Origin: Acidimicrobiia bacterium
Lineage (GTDB): Bacteria; Actinomycetota; Acidimicrobiia; Spongiisociales; UBA11373
Assembly (NCBI GenBank): GCA_041551965.1
Contig: JBFELU010000006.1
Location: forward strand, 201-64,200
Direction of reading: 5' to 3'
DNA: 64,000 bases
In this document: positions 1 through 9,422 of the stretch, piece by piece
Layout of the letters: each line of letters starts with the position of its first letter
How positions within the stretch are numbered: the first letter of the stretch is position 1
Position numbers and translations under genes: made by a program
The notes under the pieces: generated by a model
The model's input: only the letters and a program-made list of their open reading frames with translations
What the model was told of the DNA's origin: nothing
Databases searched by the model: none

Positions 1-1898
1 GGGGCGTAGACGATGCCGGGCGCACTCTTCGTGACCGAGATCGTCGGCGCCGCGGGTTCGTATCCGACCGGATCGGAGAGCGTGTTGGCCCCCGAGACTG
101 CGGTCACAGTCTGAGGATCGTTGGCCGTCGACAGCGTGAGATCCACGGGAACGGTGGCATCGGACACGTCGATCGTCACCGACCCGGCTACCACCGACGC
201 GGTCCAGTTCCCGTCGGCGTCGGTGGTCACCGTCTGGGACGAACTCCCGTCGTTCACAACCACGTCGATGTTCGCCAGATCGGGTTCCCCGGGGTCCTGA
301 TTGCCGTTGCCGTCGTCATCCCGATACACGTGGCCGGACACGGTGGCATCGACCACCTCGGAATCCCATACGGAGAAGACATAGGCGGTCTCGTTCGACG
401 TGGCGAGCGACTGGTTGCTGATCGTCACACCGGAACCGGCTGGTGCCGTGACCTCAACCGTGAAGGACACCCCTGCGCCCGGTGCCAGCGAGGCGATGGT
501 CGGCCACGTGATCGTGTCCGAACCACCATCGAACACGCCGCCGTCGGAGGCTGCCACGAACGTCGTGCTCGGGTCGATCGTGTCGCTGACCACCACATCC
601 GTGAGCGGGTCGGGCGAGGAGTTGACCACCTCTACCGAGTAGATCACCGCCCCATTCGTCGGTACCTCGGCGGGACCCCGCTTATCGATCACCAGGCACG
701 ACGAGTTCACGGCCGAGATGGGAACGTAGTAGCGCCATGGGTGGTCTTTGCCGTTGTCGGCGACTCCGGCATCTCCACCGAAGACCTCGGCGTCGACCGT
801 CGTGCAAGTCGGCGGAGCCGAGGCGACTCGGAGACTGACCTTGACCCACATGTAGTCATCGGTTCCGACCACGGCGTGCAACTCACCGACCGCAAATCTC
901 ACTGCGGTCGTGTTGGCGGGAAGCGGATTCGCCTCGTCGAGCAGCCGCCCGTCGTTCACGCCAACAGTGACCGGCACCCACGCCGTAGACGCAGTTGGTG
1001 CGATCGGGCCGTCACCATCGGCCGGATTCGGGACCGGACCGGTCCCGATCATCGAACCCGGATACTGGATGCGCTGCCACGGACCGACAGTGCCCGTGTA
1101 GTCGAGGTTGTAATAGCTGTCGGGACCGGCGACCGGCGACCCGGCGAGATACGGCGTCGTACCTCGACCGCTGTCGATGATCAGCCCGTTGCCGGTGCCC
1201 ATCCGGTCCGTCATCTCCTTGTCCCAGAGGTTGTGGGCCCAGCAGTTGTCCCAGTCGGCCGGCTCGAGTTGCCCGCACGCCGTCGGATCGACGAAATAGC
1301 CGTTGTTCCCGAGCGGCGTCGTCGCCGGATCGGCACCCCCGACGTACTTGGCTGTATCGGGCGAGGTCGAAAAGAAGATCCCGGTGTCCCCGTACAGCTG
1401 GGCGAGCGATCCATCGAGTGCGGTGACGAAGGGGGCGCCGTAGGGGGTTTGGCTGCCTCCCGGGCCCACGCCGTCCCACATCTCGCCGGGCCCCGGGACC
1501 GGTATGTCGACGAAGTCGTTGTCGACCATGTCCACGAAGGAAGCGCCGACGACCTCAGCCCACGCCGGGGGGTAGAAGGTGACCCAGCCGTTGGGCCCGT
1601 ATTCCGCACCGTTGTCGTACGGCTCGAACTCGACGATGTACTCGAGGACGTCCCCCACCAGAACGCCCTGGCCCGAACCCAAAGCACGATCGGTGAGCAT
1701 CTGAGCCGTCTCGGGACCCATGAAGACGCGGGTATTCCGAAGTCCCACCGAATGGGCCTCCGCCGTGCCGGTCGAGGCAACGCCGGCGCTCGCCAATACC
1801 CCCCCAATGAGGAGAACTCGCGCAACCAGCAGGAATGCGCTGAGGGCGGCACCCCGCTTCGTGGCGAGATGACGCCAATGAGCCCGCTGTCGCGACAC
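1..1898 (-). CDS. Large secreted surface protein with DUF11 and SdrD-B-like (Cna-B) domains; partial, runs off the left edge
   Basis: Absent from the ORF track because there is no stop in the window. Manual translation from GTG 1898 (AGGGAG upstream) gives a signal peptide ending TAEA-H, a DUF11-like segment (LTDVVVSDTIDPSTTFVAASDGG) and an SdrD-B motif (VSGHVYRDDDGNGNQDPGEPDLANIDV). Confidence 0.8.
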   Translation of the reverse strand, partial: MSRQRAHWRHLATKRGAALSAFLLVARVLLIGGVLASAGVASTGTAEAHSVGLRNTRVFMGPETAQMLTDRALGSGQGVLVGDVLEYIVEFEPYDNGAEYGPNGWVTFYPPAWAEVVGASFVDMVDNDFVDIPVPGPGEMWDGVGPGGSQTPYGAPFVTALDGSLAQLYGDTGIFFSTSPDTAKYVGGADPATTPLGNNGYFVDPTACGQLEPADWDNCWAHNLWDKEMTDRMGTGNGLIIDSGRGTTPYLAGSPVAGPDSYYNLDYTGTVGPWQRIQYPGSMIGTGPVPNPADGDGPIAPTASTAWVPVTVGVNDGRLLDEANPLPANTTAVRFAVGELHAVVGTDDYMWVKVSLRVASAPPTCTTVDAEVFGGDAGVADNGKDHPWRYYVPISAVNSSCLVIDKRGPAEVPTNGAVIYSVEVVNSSPDPLTDVVVSDTIDPSTTFVAASDGGVFDGGSDTITWPTIASLAPGAGVSFTVEVTAPAGSGVTISNQSLATSNETAYVFSVWDSEVVDATVSGHVYRDDDGNGNQDPGEPDLANIDVVVNDGSSSQTVTTDADGNWTASVVAGSVTIDVSDATVPVDLTLSTANDPQTVTAVSGANTLSDPVGYEPAAPTISVTKSAPGIVYA

Positions 1899-2002
1899 GT
1901 CCACTCCCTGGTTGATCGTGGAGCGAATATCGGGCCATTCCCGTCCTCTCTTGAGGACTACCGAACGCCATGAGTGGCCATCAAGGCCTTTGCTATCAGG
2001 CC

Positions 2003-2032
2003 TGGTGACTAGTTACCAATGCCTAGTCACCA
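2003..2032. promoter_or_regulatory. Perfect 10-bp inverted repeat TGGTGACTAG-N10-CTAGTCACCA (terminator of the prenyltransferase operon or operator of the surface-protein gene)
   Basis: Read directly; 20 nt past the prenyltransferase stop and about 105 nt before the surface-protein start. Confidence 0.5.
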
Positions 2033-2051
2033 CCGAACGTATCTGATCGGC

Positions 2052-2822
2052 TCAGCGACCGAAGCGTCGCTCCCGTCGGGAGAAGTCGCGCAGCGCCCGC
2101 AGGAAGTCGACCCGGCGGAACGCCGGCCAGTGCACATCGACGAAGGAATACTCGGCATAGGCGGCCTGCCACAAGAGGAACCCCGACAGCCTCGACTCGC
2201 CGCTGGTGCGTATCATGAGGTCCGGGTCCGGCAGGTCGGCCGTGTAGAGGTGGGAGGCGAGGGCATCGGCGTCGATGTGGGACGCCAGGTCCTCGGCCTC
2301 CACCCCGTCGGCGGCCAGCTTGCCGACGAGATCGCGGCAGGCGTCCACGATCTCCTGGCGGCCTCCGTAGGCGAGGGCGATGGTGAGCCGATGCCGGCCG
2401 GAGACCGACCGCTCGACGAGCCCGGCGGCCGCCTCTCGGAGGTCGTCCGGGAGCAGGTCGAGACTCCCGATCACCCCGATCTTGTGGCCGTTGACGGGCA
2501 ATCTGGCAAACAGGCCCTTGAGCACCTCGAAATAGGGCTGAAGTTCGCTGGCCGGTCGGCTGAGATTCTCCTTCGAGAGCAGCCAGCACGTCACCGCCGG
2601 GATCTCGATCTGATCACACCAATCGAGGAACTCGAGGAACTTCTCCATGCCGGCTCGATACGAGGAGGCGTAGTCGGGGAGCCGGGTCTCACGGGCGAAC
2701 CGCCGGTGTCCGTCGTGAATGACCCCGATGTGGTGGGGAAGCCGATCCCGATCGAGCGACCGAAGCAACCGCTCCTCGTAGAGGCGGTAGAGGGGGTGGC
2801 GGATCGCGTCCCGCACGCTCAT
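2052..2822 (-). CDS. uppS: cis-prenyltransferase (UppS family, Rv1086-like short-chain type)
   Basis: HIGVIHDGHRR, LSKENL, YGGRQEIV, DPDLMIRTSGESRLSGFLLWQ and a C-terminal RRFG motif. Confidence 0.9.
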   Translation of the reverse strand: MSVRDAIRHPLYRLYEERLLRSLDRDRLPHHIGVIHDGHRRFARETRLPDYASSYRAGMEKFLEFLDWCDQIEIPAVTCWLLSKENLSRPASELQPYFEVLKGLFARLPVNGHKIGVIGSLDLLPDDLREAAAGLVERSVSGRHRLTIALAYGGRQEIVDACRDLVGKLAADGVEAEDLASHIDADALASHLYTADLPDPDLMIRTSGESRLSGFLLWQAAYAEYSFVDVHWPAFRRVDFLRALRDFSRRERRFGR

Positions 2823-4657
2823 GGACTCCCCGATTCCGTGTCTCGCCGATCATACGACGCCACACTCTCCACGACGGTCACCGGGATCTCGAGCTCCCGC
2901 GTCCGCACGAACTCGCCGAGGCCCTTGGCCTGGGGATCGACCCGCGTCGACGCCGCCACACCTTCCCCGAGCAGGCCATGGATCACGAAGTTCACCGCTC
3001 CCAGATTGGGGAACTCGTACCGATAGATCTGGAGCCCATCAGTCTCGGGCAAGAGCGCGCGCAACCTTTGGGTCGTCAGGGATTCGATCAACCAGGCGGC
3101 CGCGTTGGGGGAACGTCCCCACACCCCGAGGTTGGCATTTCCTCCCTTGTCCCCCGACCGGGCTCCGGCGACGATCCCCAGGGTCACCATCACCATCGGA
3201 GTCGGCCCTGCATCGTATTCGCCGCCGTCGGTCGGCTCGTCGGATTCGGGAATCGCGGTCGAAGGAGGTCGCACCGACGCCACCGGACGTCCGCCCACCG
3301 TGACCTCCTCCCGTACCAGTTCGGCGGGCACCAGCGCCGGCCAGAACACGGCCACGGGCGTCGCCGGCCCCGGGGGAGCCGTCATCGTGAAGCCCGGATA
3401 TCCGGCCAAAGCCAACTCGACGGCTCGGGCCGAGAACGCCTTCCCCACCGAGCGGGGATCGGGACCGCGAGCGTTGACCCGCAACATGGCGAAACCCTCG
3501 GCGCTCCGCTCCGCCCCGGTCCGATCACTCCGCACCAGGTCGAAGTCGGTCTCGAGGGGAGCCAGCACCTCCCGCAGGCTTGCCTCCGCCAGGTCGGCCT
3601 TGGCCTCGACCTCCGGTGCCGGCACCAACAACGTCACCGAGTTGCGGAAACCGCCCAGCACGTTCATACCGACCTTGGTGGTCGCCGGAGCCGGCTTGCC
3701 GCGTACGCCCCGGATACCCACCCGATCGTCCCCGTCCTGAGTGAGTTCGATCGTGTCGAAGCGGGCCACCACATCGGGATGCAGGTAGGAGGGTCCGGCC
3801 ACCTCGTAGAGCAGCTGCGCCGTGACCGTGCCGACCGTGACGGCGCCCCCCGTCCCCGGGTGCTTGGTGATCACCGAAGACCCGTCCGGGAATATCTCGG
3901 CGATGGGGAACCCGGGGTGCTCCAGGCCGGGTATCTCGGCGAAGAACGAGTAGTTGCCCCCGGTGCACTGGGCTCCACACTCGACCACGTGACCGGCGAC
4001 CACGGCTCCGGCCAGAGCATCCCATTCGTCCGGCTCCCATCCGAATCGCCACGCCGCCGGCCCGGAAACCAGCGAGGCATCGGCCACCCGGCCCGTCACC
4101 ACGACGTCGGCACCCGCCCCGAGGGCGGCGGCGATCCCCCAACCTCCGGTGTAGGCGTTGGCGGTCAGGACCCGATCGGCCACCTCGGAGAACGCAGCTC
4201 CTGTGTCGAGGTTCGACAGGTCGGCGACGCCGGAGATCTCATTCAGGCGCGGCATCAGGTCGTCGCCGCTCACGACGCCGATCAATGGGTCCAGTCCCAA
4301 GCGATTCGCCAACTCCCCCAGCCGGTCCGCCAGGCCGGCCGGATTCAGGCCTCCGGCGTTGGCCACCACGCGAACACCGCGATCGAGGCAGGTTCCCAGC
4401 ACCACCTCCATCTGCCGCAGGAACGTCGTGGCGTATCCGGCCGCGGGGTCCTTGCTCCGATTCCTCCACAGGATCGCCATCGTGAGCTCGGCGAGGTAGT
4501 CACCCGTCAGCACGTCGATCGGGCCGCCGGCGACCATCTCCTCGGCCGCCTCGAATCGGTCTCCGTAGAAGCCGGAGCAATTGGCGACGATCAGCGGCTC
4601 GCCCGACCCGCGCGATCCGCCGTCAGCCCGAGTAGGTGAGGCACTGAGCGGCGCCAT
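2819..4657 (-). CDS. atuA: Acyclic terpene utilization AtuA family protein
   Basis: ANCSGFYGDR, DVLTGDYLAELTM, GHVVECGAQCTGGN, GARSGDKGGNANLGVW, DPQAKGLGE. Start uncertain. Confidence 0.88.
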   Translation of the reverse strand: MAPLSASPTRADGGSRGSGEPLIVANCSGFYGDRFEAAEEMVAGGPIDVLTGDYLAELTMAILWRNRSKDPAAGYATTFLRQMEVVLGTCLDRGVRVVANAGGLNPAGLADRLGELANRLGLDPLIGVVSGDDLMPRLNEISGVADLSNLDTGAAFSEVADRVLTANAYTGGWGIAAALGAGADVVVTGRVADASLVSGPAAWRFGWEPDEWDALAGAVVAGHVVECGAQCTGGNYSFFAEIPGLEHPGFPIAEIFPDGSSVITKHPGTGGAVTVGTVTAQLLYEVAGPSYLHPDVVARFDTIELTQDGDDRVGIRGVRGKPAPATTKVGMNVLGGFRNSVTLLVPAPEVEAKADLAEASLREVLAPLETDFDLVRSDRTGAERSAEGFAMLRVNARGPDPRSVGKAFSARAVELALAGYPGFTMTAPPGPATPVAVFWPALVPAELVREEVTVGGRPVASVRPPSTAIPESDEPTDGGEYDAGPTPMVMVTLGIVAGARSGDKGGNANLGVWGRSPNAAAWLIESLTTQRLRALLPETDGLQIYRYEFPNLGAVNFVIHGLLGEGVAASTRVDPQAKGLGEFVRTRELEIPVTVVESVASYDRRDTESGSP

Positions 4658-6308
4658 TGAAGAATCCATCCTGGAATGCGTTGAACCGCTGGAAGGCGGT
4701 CCCGCCTCGCGGCTCCCCGGTGGCGGGATCGTCCCCGAACGCGAGGAACCCGGCCACCCCCTCATCGAGATCACCGGCAGAGAGGACCAGGTCCATCGGG
4801 TTGTCGAACGGCACCATGTCGGCAGTCCACACCCCGGTCAGACAATCCGCCTGGAGTTCGGCGATCAGACCCTCGGTGGGAAACCCGGCCCTTGCTTGTA
4901 CCCCCGTCGCCCACTCGTGGGCGAGCACCATGCCGATGGCGAAGTCGCCGATCCTCTGATAGAGGGCGGGAAAGAGGTTCTCGTTGTCCCACGCCACGAA
5001 GTCTCCCTCCGGGCAGTAGAAGGCATTCCCGACGTAGTCGTCGGGGTCCGGCTCGCCCGGTCCGCAGGGGGGCAGCAGCCCGGTGGAGGGAACGTAAGGG
5101 CCGAAGTTGGTCATCGGCACGTAATCCGTCCCGAAGAGTTGCGGATACAGCAGTGACCAGTACCGCTCCAAGGCATCGATCACCAGCGGAGCAACATCGG
5201 CAAAGGGGAGATCGCCGCCCGTTTGGAGGTCCTCCTCCGTGAGAGGGATGTCCACCACGAGGAACTCGCCCTGCTCGTAGGCCCGGCACTTCACCGGACC
5301 GTTCGAGAATCCGTCCTGGAAGGCGTTCACGCGATCGAACGCGCTGCCGTGGGCCTGCGGGCCACCGGGATCCGTGCCGGGCGGATCTCGGAACAGCAGG
5401 TAGCCCGCCATCGCCTCGTCGAGGTCGCCCGGCTCCAAGACCAGCACTTCGCTTTCACCGGCGTCGACCGCCCCGGCCCACACCCCGGCGAAGCAGTCGG
5501 CCTGAAGCTCGGTCATGATCGTCGGCCCGTTCACCAAGGCCCTGGCCTGGACGGCGTGGGCCCATTCGTGGGCGAGCACCAGGGCGACGGAGAAGTCACC
5601 GAACTCCGTGTAGAGGCCGGGAAGGAGCACCTCGGCATCCCAGGCGATGAAGTCACCCGGATGGCAGTAGAAGGCGTTCTCCTGATAGGCCTCGATGGGG
5701 AGCGGATCGGGTCCGCACTGGGGAAGATCACCCTGGGAGACAAAGTAGGGGATCACGGCCGCCAGGTCCTCGTAGGCGATGCCGTAGAGGTCGGGAAGCG
5801 TTGTTCCCCAGAACGCCACCAGATCATCCTGGGTGAGTGCCACCAATTGATCGAGGTCGAGAGCAATCGACACGCCGTCCCCGACCGTGACCGGCTCCTC
5901 GAGTTGACCGGTCTCGGCGAGGCAGAATTCGGTCACGTCGAGCACCACGTCCGATGCGGTGGGGTCCCCCTGTCCCAAGGCCACGAACTCGTCCAGGCTC
6001 ATCAACTCCTGGAACTCGACGATCGTGCATCGACAGAACGTCGCGTCACCGTCCTCGGTACACCCGTCCATATAGGCATCCACCAATCCCTGCGGGTAAC
6101 CGTTCTCGAGCGCCGGGGCCGACGCGTCCGGGGCGAGCACGGGATCGGGGGAGACGGTGGTGTCCGGAGCGATGGTCCCCTCCGGGGCCGTGGTAGTCGG
6201 CGATTCCGTCGTCTCGGGGGCGGTGGTCGGCATGGTCACGCCGCCGCCGTCGCCGCAGGCTGCCGCCAGCAGCACAATCGTCACCACCAAGGCGAGCGAT
6301 CGGCTCAC
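4623..6308 (-). CDS. Lipoprotein neutral zinc metallopeptidase with a duplicated domain (LpqM/YpfJ-like)
   Basis: Lipobox LAAAC, Thr-rich linker, two NAFYC...LAHEWA(H/T)...ELQADC repeats. GTG start overlaps the upstream stop (GTGA). Confidence 0.82.
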   Translation of the reverse strand: MSRSLALVVTIVLLAAACGDGGGVTMPTTAPETTESPTTTAPEGTIAPDTTVSPDPVLAPDASAPALENGYPQGLVDAYMDGCTEDGDATFCRCTIVEFQELMSLDEFVALGQGDPTASDVVLDVTEFCLAETGQLEEPVTVGDGVSIALDLDQLVALTQDDLVAFWGTTLPDLYGIAYEDLAAVIPYFVSQGDLPQCGPDPLPIEAYQENAFYCHPGDFIAWDAEVLLPGLYTEFGDFSVALVLAHEWAHAVQARALVNGPTIMTELQADCFAGVWAGAVDAGESEVLVLEPGDLDEAMAGYLLFRDPPGTDPGGPQAHGSAFDRVNAFQDGFSNGPVKCRAYEQGEFLVVDIPLTEEDLQTGGDLPFADVAPLVIDALERYWSLLYPQLFGTDYVPMTNFGPYVPSTGLLPPCGPGEPDPDDYVGNAFYCPEGDFVAWDNENLFPALYQRIGDFAIGMVLAHEWATGVQARAGFPTEGLIAELQADCLTGVWTADMVPFDNPMDLVLSAGDLDEGVAGFLAFGDDPATGEPRGGTAFQRFNAFQDGFFNGAAQCLTYSG

Positions 6309-6685
6309 GTTCCCTCGCCCTGTGATCGACCACGCCATCCGAGCCAGCCCCGCCAGGCACCCGGCCCCGGCCGGGTGTCGTAGACACGCTCGGGGAATAT
6401 CAGGTCGCCATGCAACTCGGCCAGCCGCCGAAGCAGCCACTCATCGAAGGGATCCGACGATCCCTCCAGGGCTTCCAACGCGGCGTCGGCCTCGGTGCCT
6501 TCGAACACGTAGACCGCGGAGCACGCCGGGGTCTCCAGCAGGAACACGAGCTCGCGGGTGATGCCTCGGCGCCGCTGTGATTGCGCCCACTCGGCCCGCC
6601 GGGGACCCGTCAGTTCGGCCTGGAACTCCTGCCAGGCGCCGACTCTGTCGGCCTCCAACGACGCGACCGCGATCGACGTGGCCAT
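6305..6685 (-). CDS. Conserved hypothetical protein (possible dimeric alpha/beta barrel)
   Basis: Plausible globular sequence; translationally coupled to the downstream peptidase. Confidence 0.65.
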   Translation of the reverse strand: MATSIAVASLEADRVGAWQEFQAELTGPRRAEWAQSQRRRGITRELVFLLETPACSAVYVFEGTEADAALEALEGSSDPFDEWLLRRLAELHGDLIFPERVYDTRPGPGAWRGWLGWRGRSQGEGT

Positions 6686-6718
6686 AGAAACCCTTCGCGA
6701 GAACGGGGTCACCCTAGT

Positions 6719-7897
6719 TCACGACCACCGATCCGGCCCGAGGCCCAGGGCCTCCTCGTAGACGTCACGGAGCCGGCCGACCCACACCCAACCGTCGAAC
6801 TCCTCCTCGAACCGCTCCCGGGCCCGTTTGGCCATGAGTCTCCGGGTGGTCGGATCATCCCCGAGACGCGAAATCTCCCGGGCCAGACCACCCACATCGC
6901 CCGGCTCGACGAGGTTCCCCGCCTCCGCGCCCACGATCTCGGGAATGCCTCCCACCCGAGTGGCCACGATCGGAACCCCGGCCGCCAGCGCCCGGATCAG
7001 CGACGTCGGGAGTGCGTCCGCTCGGCTCGGCTGAACCACGACGTCGGCGGCCGCCATGATCCGGCCAACGTCTTCCCTGTACCCGGGGACGATGACGCGC
7101 TTCCCGAGGACACCCAGATCTCGAGCCTTGGTGAAGAGGCGTTCGTGTTCGGGACCGAGCCCCACGAGCGCAATAACGACCGGAGAGCCCGCCGGAAGCA
7201 TGGCGGCGGCCTCCAACACATCGGCGTGTCCCTTGCCGGGGCGCATGATCGCCACCATCACCACCAGCACCCGATCCTCACAGACGCCCCACTCATCTCG
7301 CACCGCGGCCCGATCCCCCGGATCGCCGGTCCGGTCCACGATGCCGTTGCGAATCGTGACGACGGTCTTCGGGTCCACTCGATGGGTGTCGAGATACCAG
7401 CGGCGCACCGCATCCGAGACCGCGATCGTGCGCGCCGCGGTCCCGGCGCGGGCCCGCACCGCCGCCCTTTGCTTGAGGCGACCAACGAAGCCCGCCTCGT
7501 CCTCGACGACGTGCAGCGTAGAGACCATGGGGATACCCAGATCGCGTGCCGCGACAGCCCCGACGATGTCGGCATGCTTGAGGTGAGTGTGCACCACGTC
7601 GGGTCGCCACCGGCGAAGGAGCCGCGCCGTCCGACGCGCCGCTCGGGGATCCCATCGGGTCCGCAGCCCGAGCGTGCCGACCGTCACCCCGGCGGCCCTC
7701 AAGTCGTCGGCGAAGGACCGGCGCTCCTCCTCCATCAGGCTGAGCACGGTCATCTCGAGACCGACAACAGGGCTCAACTCGGCGAGATCAAGCAGCAGGT
7801 GCTCGGCACCGCCGCGACGGAGATCATGGATCACATGGCACACGCGCAGAGGCGAGGGCCGGCCTGGCATCGGGCTCCCTGTTCGCTGCTCACTCAT
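6719..7897 (-). CDS. Glycosyltransferase family 4
   Basis: HVIHDLRRGGAEH, PDVVHTH, KGHADVLEA, ADVVVQPS...PIVATRVGGIPE. Start uncertain. Confidence 0.88.
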   Translation of the reverse strand: MSEQRTGSPMPGRPSPLRVCHVIHDLRRGGAEHLLLDLAELSPVVGLEMTVLSLMEEERRSFADDLRAAGVTVGTLGLRTRWDPRAARRTARLLRRWRPDVVHTHLKHADIVGAVAARDLGIPMVSTLHVVEDEAGFVGRLKQRAAVRARAGTAARTIAVSDAVRRWYLDTHRVDPKTVVTIRNGIVDRTGDPGDRAAVRDEWGVCEDRVLVVMVAIMRPGKGHADVLEAAAMLPAGSPVVIALVGLGPEHERLFTKARDLGVLGKRVIVPGYREDVGRIMAAADVVVQPSRADALPTSLIRALAAGVPIVATRVGGIPEIVGAEAGNLVEPGDVGGLAREISRLGDDPTTRRLMAKRARERFEEEFDGWVWVGRLRDVYEEALGLGPDRWS

Positions 7898-7967
7898 CGG
7901 CCGGACCGGCCGAGCCCTGAAGCCCCCCAACGTAGTGAACGCGACCGGCCTAGCCTCGCGACGTCTC

Positions 7968-9422
7968 ATGCGGATTCTCGTCACCGGCGCAACCGGCTAT
8001 ATCGGCGGCCGTCTCGTGCCCCGCCTCCTCGAGGCGGGGCACGAGGTGCGCTGCATGGCCCGCCGGCCCAACAAACTCGCCGGCCGGCCGTGGTTCGACG
8101 ACGTCGAAGTGGTGGAAGGCGACGTCCTCGATGGCCGCCAGGTGAAAGATGCTGCCGCCGGCTGTGATGCCGCCTACTACCTCGTTCACTCGATGGCAGC
8201 CGGCAAGAACTTCGCCGAACGGGACCGGCAGGCAGCCCTCAACTTCCGGAAGGCGGCGGAAGCGGCCGGCATGCGTCGCATCGTGTACCTCGGCGGTCTG
8301 AGTCCGGAGGATGCGCCCCTCTCCGACCACCTTGCCAGCCGGCGTGAGGTGGGCCGACTGCTCACCGAAGGACCGACTCCCGTCACCGAACTCCGGGCGG
8401 CCGTCATCATCGGATCCGGCTCTCTCTCCTTCGAGATGCTTCGCTATCTCACCGAGGTGCTGCCCATCATGACCACCCCGAAGTGGGTGCGGACCCGCTG
8501 CCAGCCCATCGCCATCCGGGACGTCCTCGAGATCTTGGTACGAGTCGTGGACGACGAGGATCCCTCGGATCGCGTCGTCGAAATCGGCGGACCCGACACG
8601 CTCACCTACCAGCAGATGATGCAGGTCTACGCCGAAGAAGCCGGTCTGCGAAGACGGCTCATCATTCCGGTGCCGCTCCTGACCCCGCGCCTCTCATCGC
8701 TGTGGGTCGGCTTGGTGACACCCCTCCCCACCACCGTCGCCCGTCCTCTCGTCGAGAGCTTGCGCAGTGAAGTGGTCGTGGGCGACCGGGCCGCCGACGC
8801 CCTCCTCCCTTACCCGCCGACGCCGTACCGCGAGGCGGTACGGCGTGCGCTCGCCCGCATTCCAAACGAGGTGGCCACACGATGGTCCGACGCCGAGTCG
8901 AGCCCGGCGCTTCCCGTGGCCGGTGACCCGTCGTGGAGTGGGGGAACCGTCTTCGAGGATCGGCGGGTGATCCCCACCGACGCTGCACCCCATCACGTCT
9001 TCTGGGCCTTCAGCCGCATCGGCGGTGATGTCGGCTACTACGGGGTCACCTGGGCGTGGCGGCTTCGCGGCCTCCTCGACCGGCTCGTCGGGGGGGTCGG
9101 CCTGCGGCGGGGCCGCCGCCATCCCGAAGACGTCCGCGAGGGCGAAGCCATCGACTTCTGGCGCGTCGACCGGGTCGTCGGCGGCGAGCTGCTCCGATTG
9201 CGAGCCGAGATGCGGCTCCCCGGCCAGGCATGGCTCGAGTGGCAGATCGTGCCCACCGACGAGGGCTCCGACTTGATCCAGGTCGCCCGCTTCCGACCCC
9301 GCGGGTTGCTGGGGCGCCTCTACTGGTACGTCATGGCTCCGTTTCACACCGTGATCTTCCCCCGCATGGCTTGCCGCATCGCGGCCACCGCCGAGGAGCG
9401 GGGCTACTCCTGCGCGTCGTGA
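7968..9422 (+). CDS. SDR/NAD(P)-binding oxidoreductase with DUF2867 C-terminus (YbjT-like)
   Basis: MRILVTGATGYIGGRL Rossmann motif, YYLVHSM, LRAEMRLPGQAWLEW, FRPRGLLGRLYWY. Confidence 0.88.
   Translation: MRILVTGATGYIGGRLVPRLLEAGHEVRCMARRPNKLAGRPWFDDVEVVEGDVLDGRQVKDAAAGCDAAYYLVHSMAAGKNFAERDRQAALNFRKAAEAAGMRRIVYLGGLSPEDAPLSDHLASRREVGRLLTEGPTPVTELRAAVIIGSGSLSFEMLRYLTEVLPIMTTPKWVRTRCQPIAIRDVLEILVRVVDDEDPSDRVVEIGGPDTLTYQQMMQVYAEEAGLRRRLIIPVPLLTPRLSSLWVGLVTPLPTTVARPLVESLRSEVVVGDRAADALLPYPPTPYREAVRRALARIPNEVATRWSDAESSPALPVAGDPSWSGGTVFEDRRVIPTDAAPHHVFWAFSRIGGDVGYYGVTWAWRLRGLLDRLVGGVGLRRGRRHPEDVREGEAIDFWRVDRVVGGELLRLRAEMRLPGQAWLEWQIVPTDEGSDLIQVARFRPRGLLGRLYWYVMAPFHTVIFPRMACRIAATAEERGYSCAS

Noticed and set aside
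330-1973. 547-aa + strand ORF and many similar long ORFs (e.g. 36050-37996, 37941-40694, 20419-22620)
   Set aside because: These are antisense or off-frame shadows of real genes. Stop codons are rare at this GC content, and the translations are Arg/Gly/His-rich with no motifs.
1905-2050. c-di-GMP or c-di-AMP riboswitch upstream of the surface protein
   Set aside because: Only a GCAAA fragment and small hairpins are present; the conserved aptamer motifs could not be matched by eye.
9341-9356. Second parS site (GTTTCACACCGTGATC)
   Set aside because: Only one half-site matches; it lies inside a CDS and is not palindromic.
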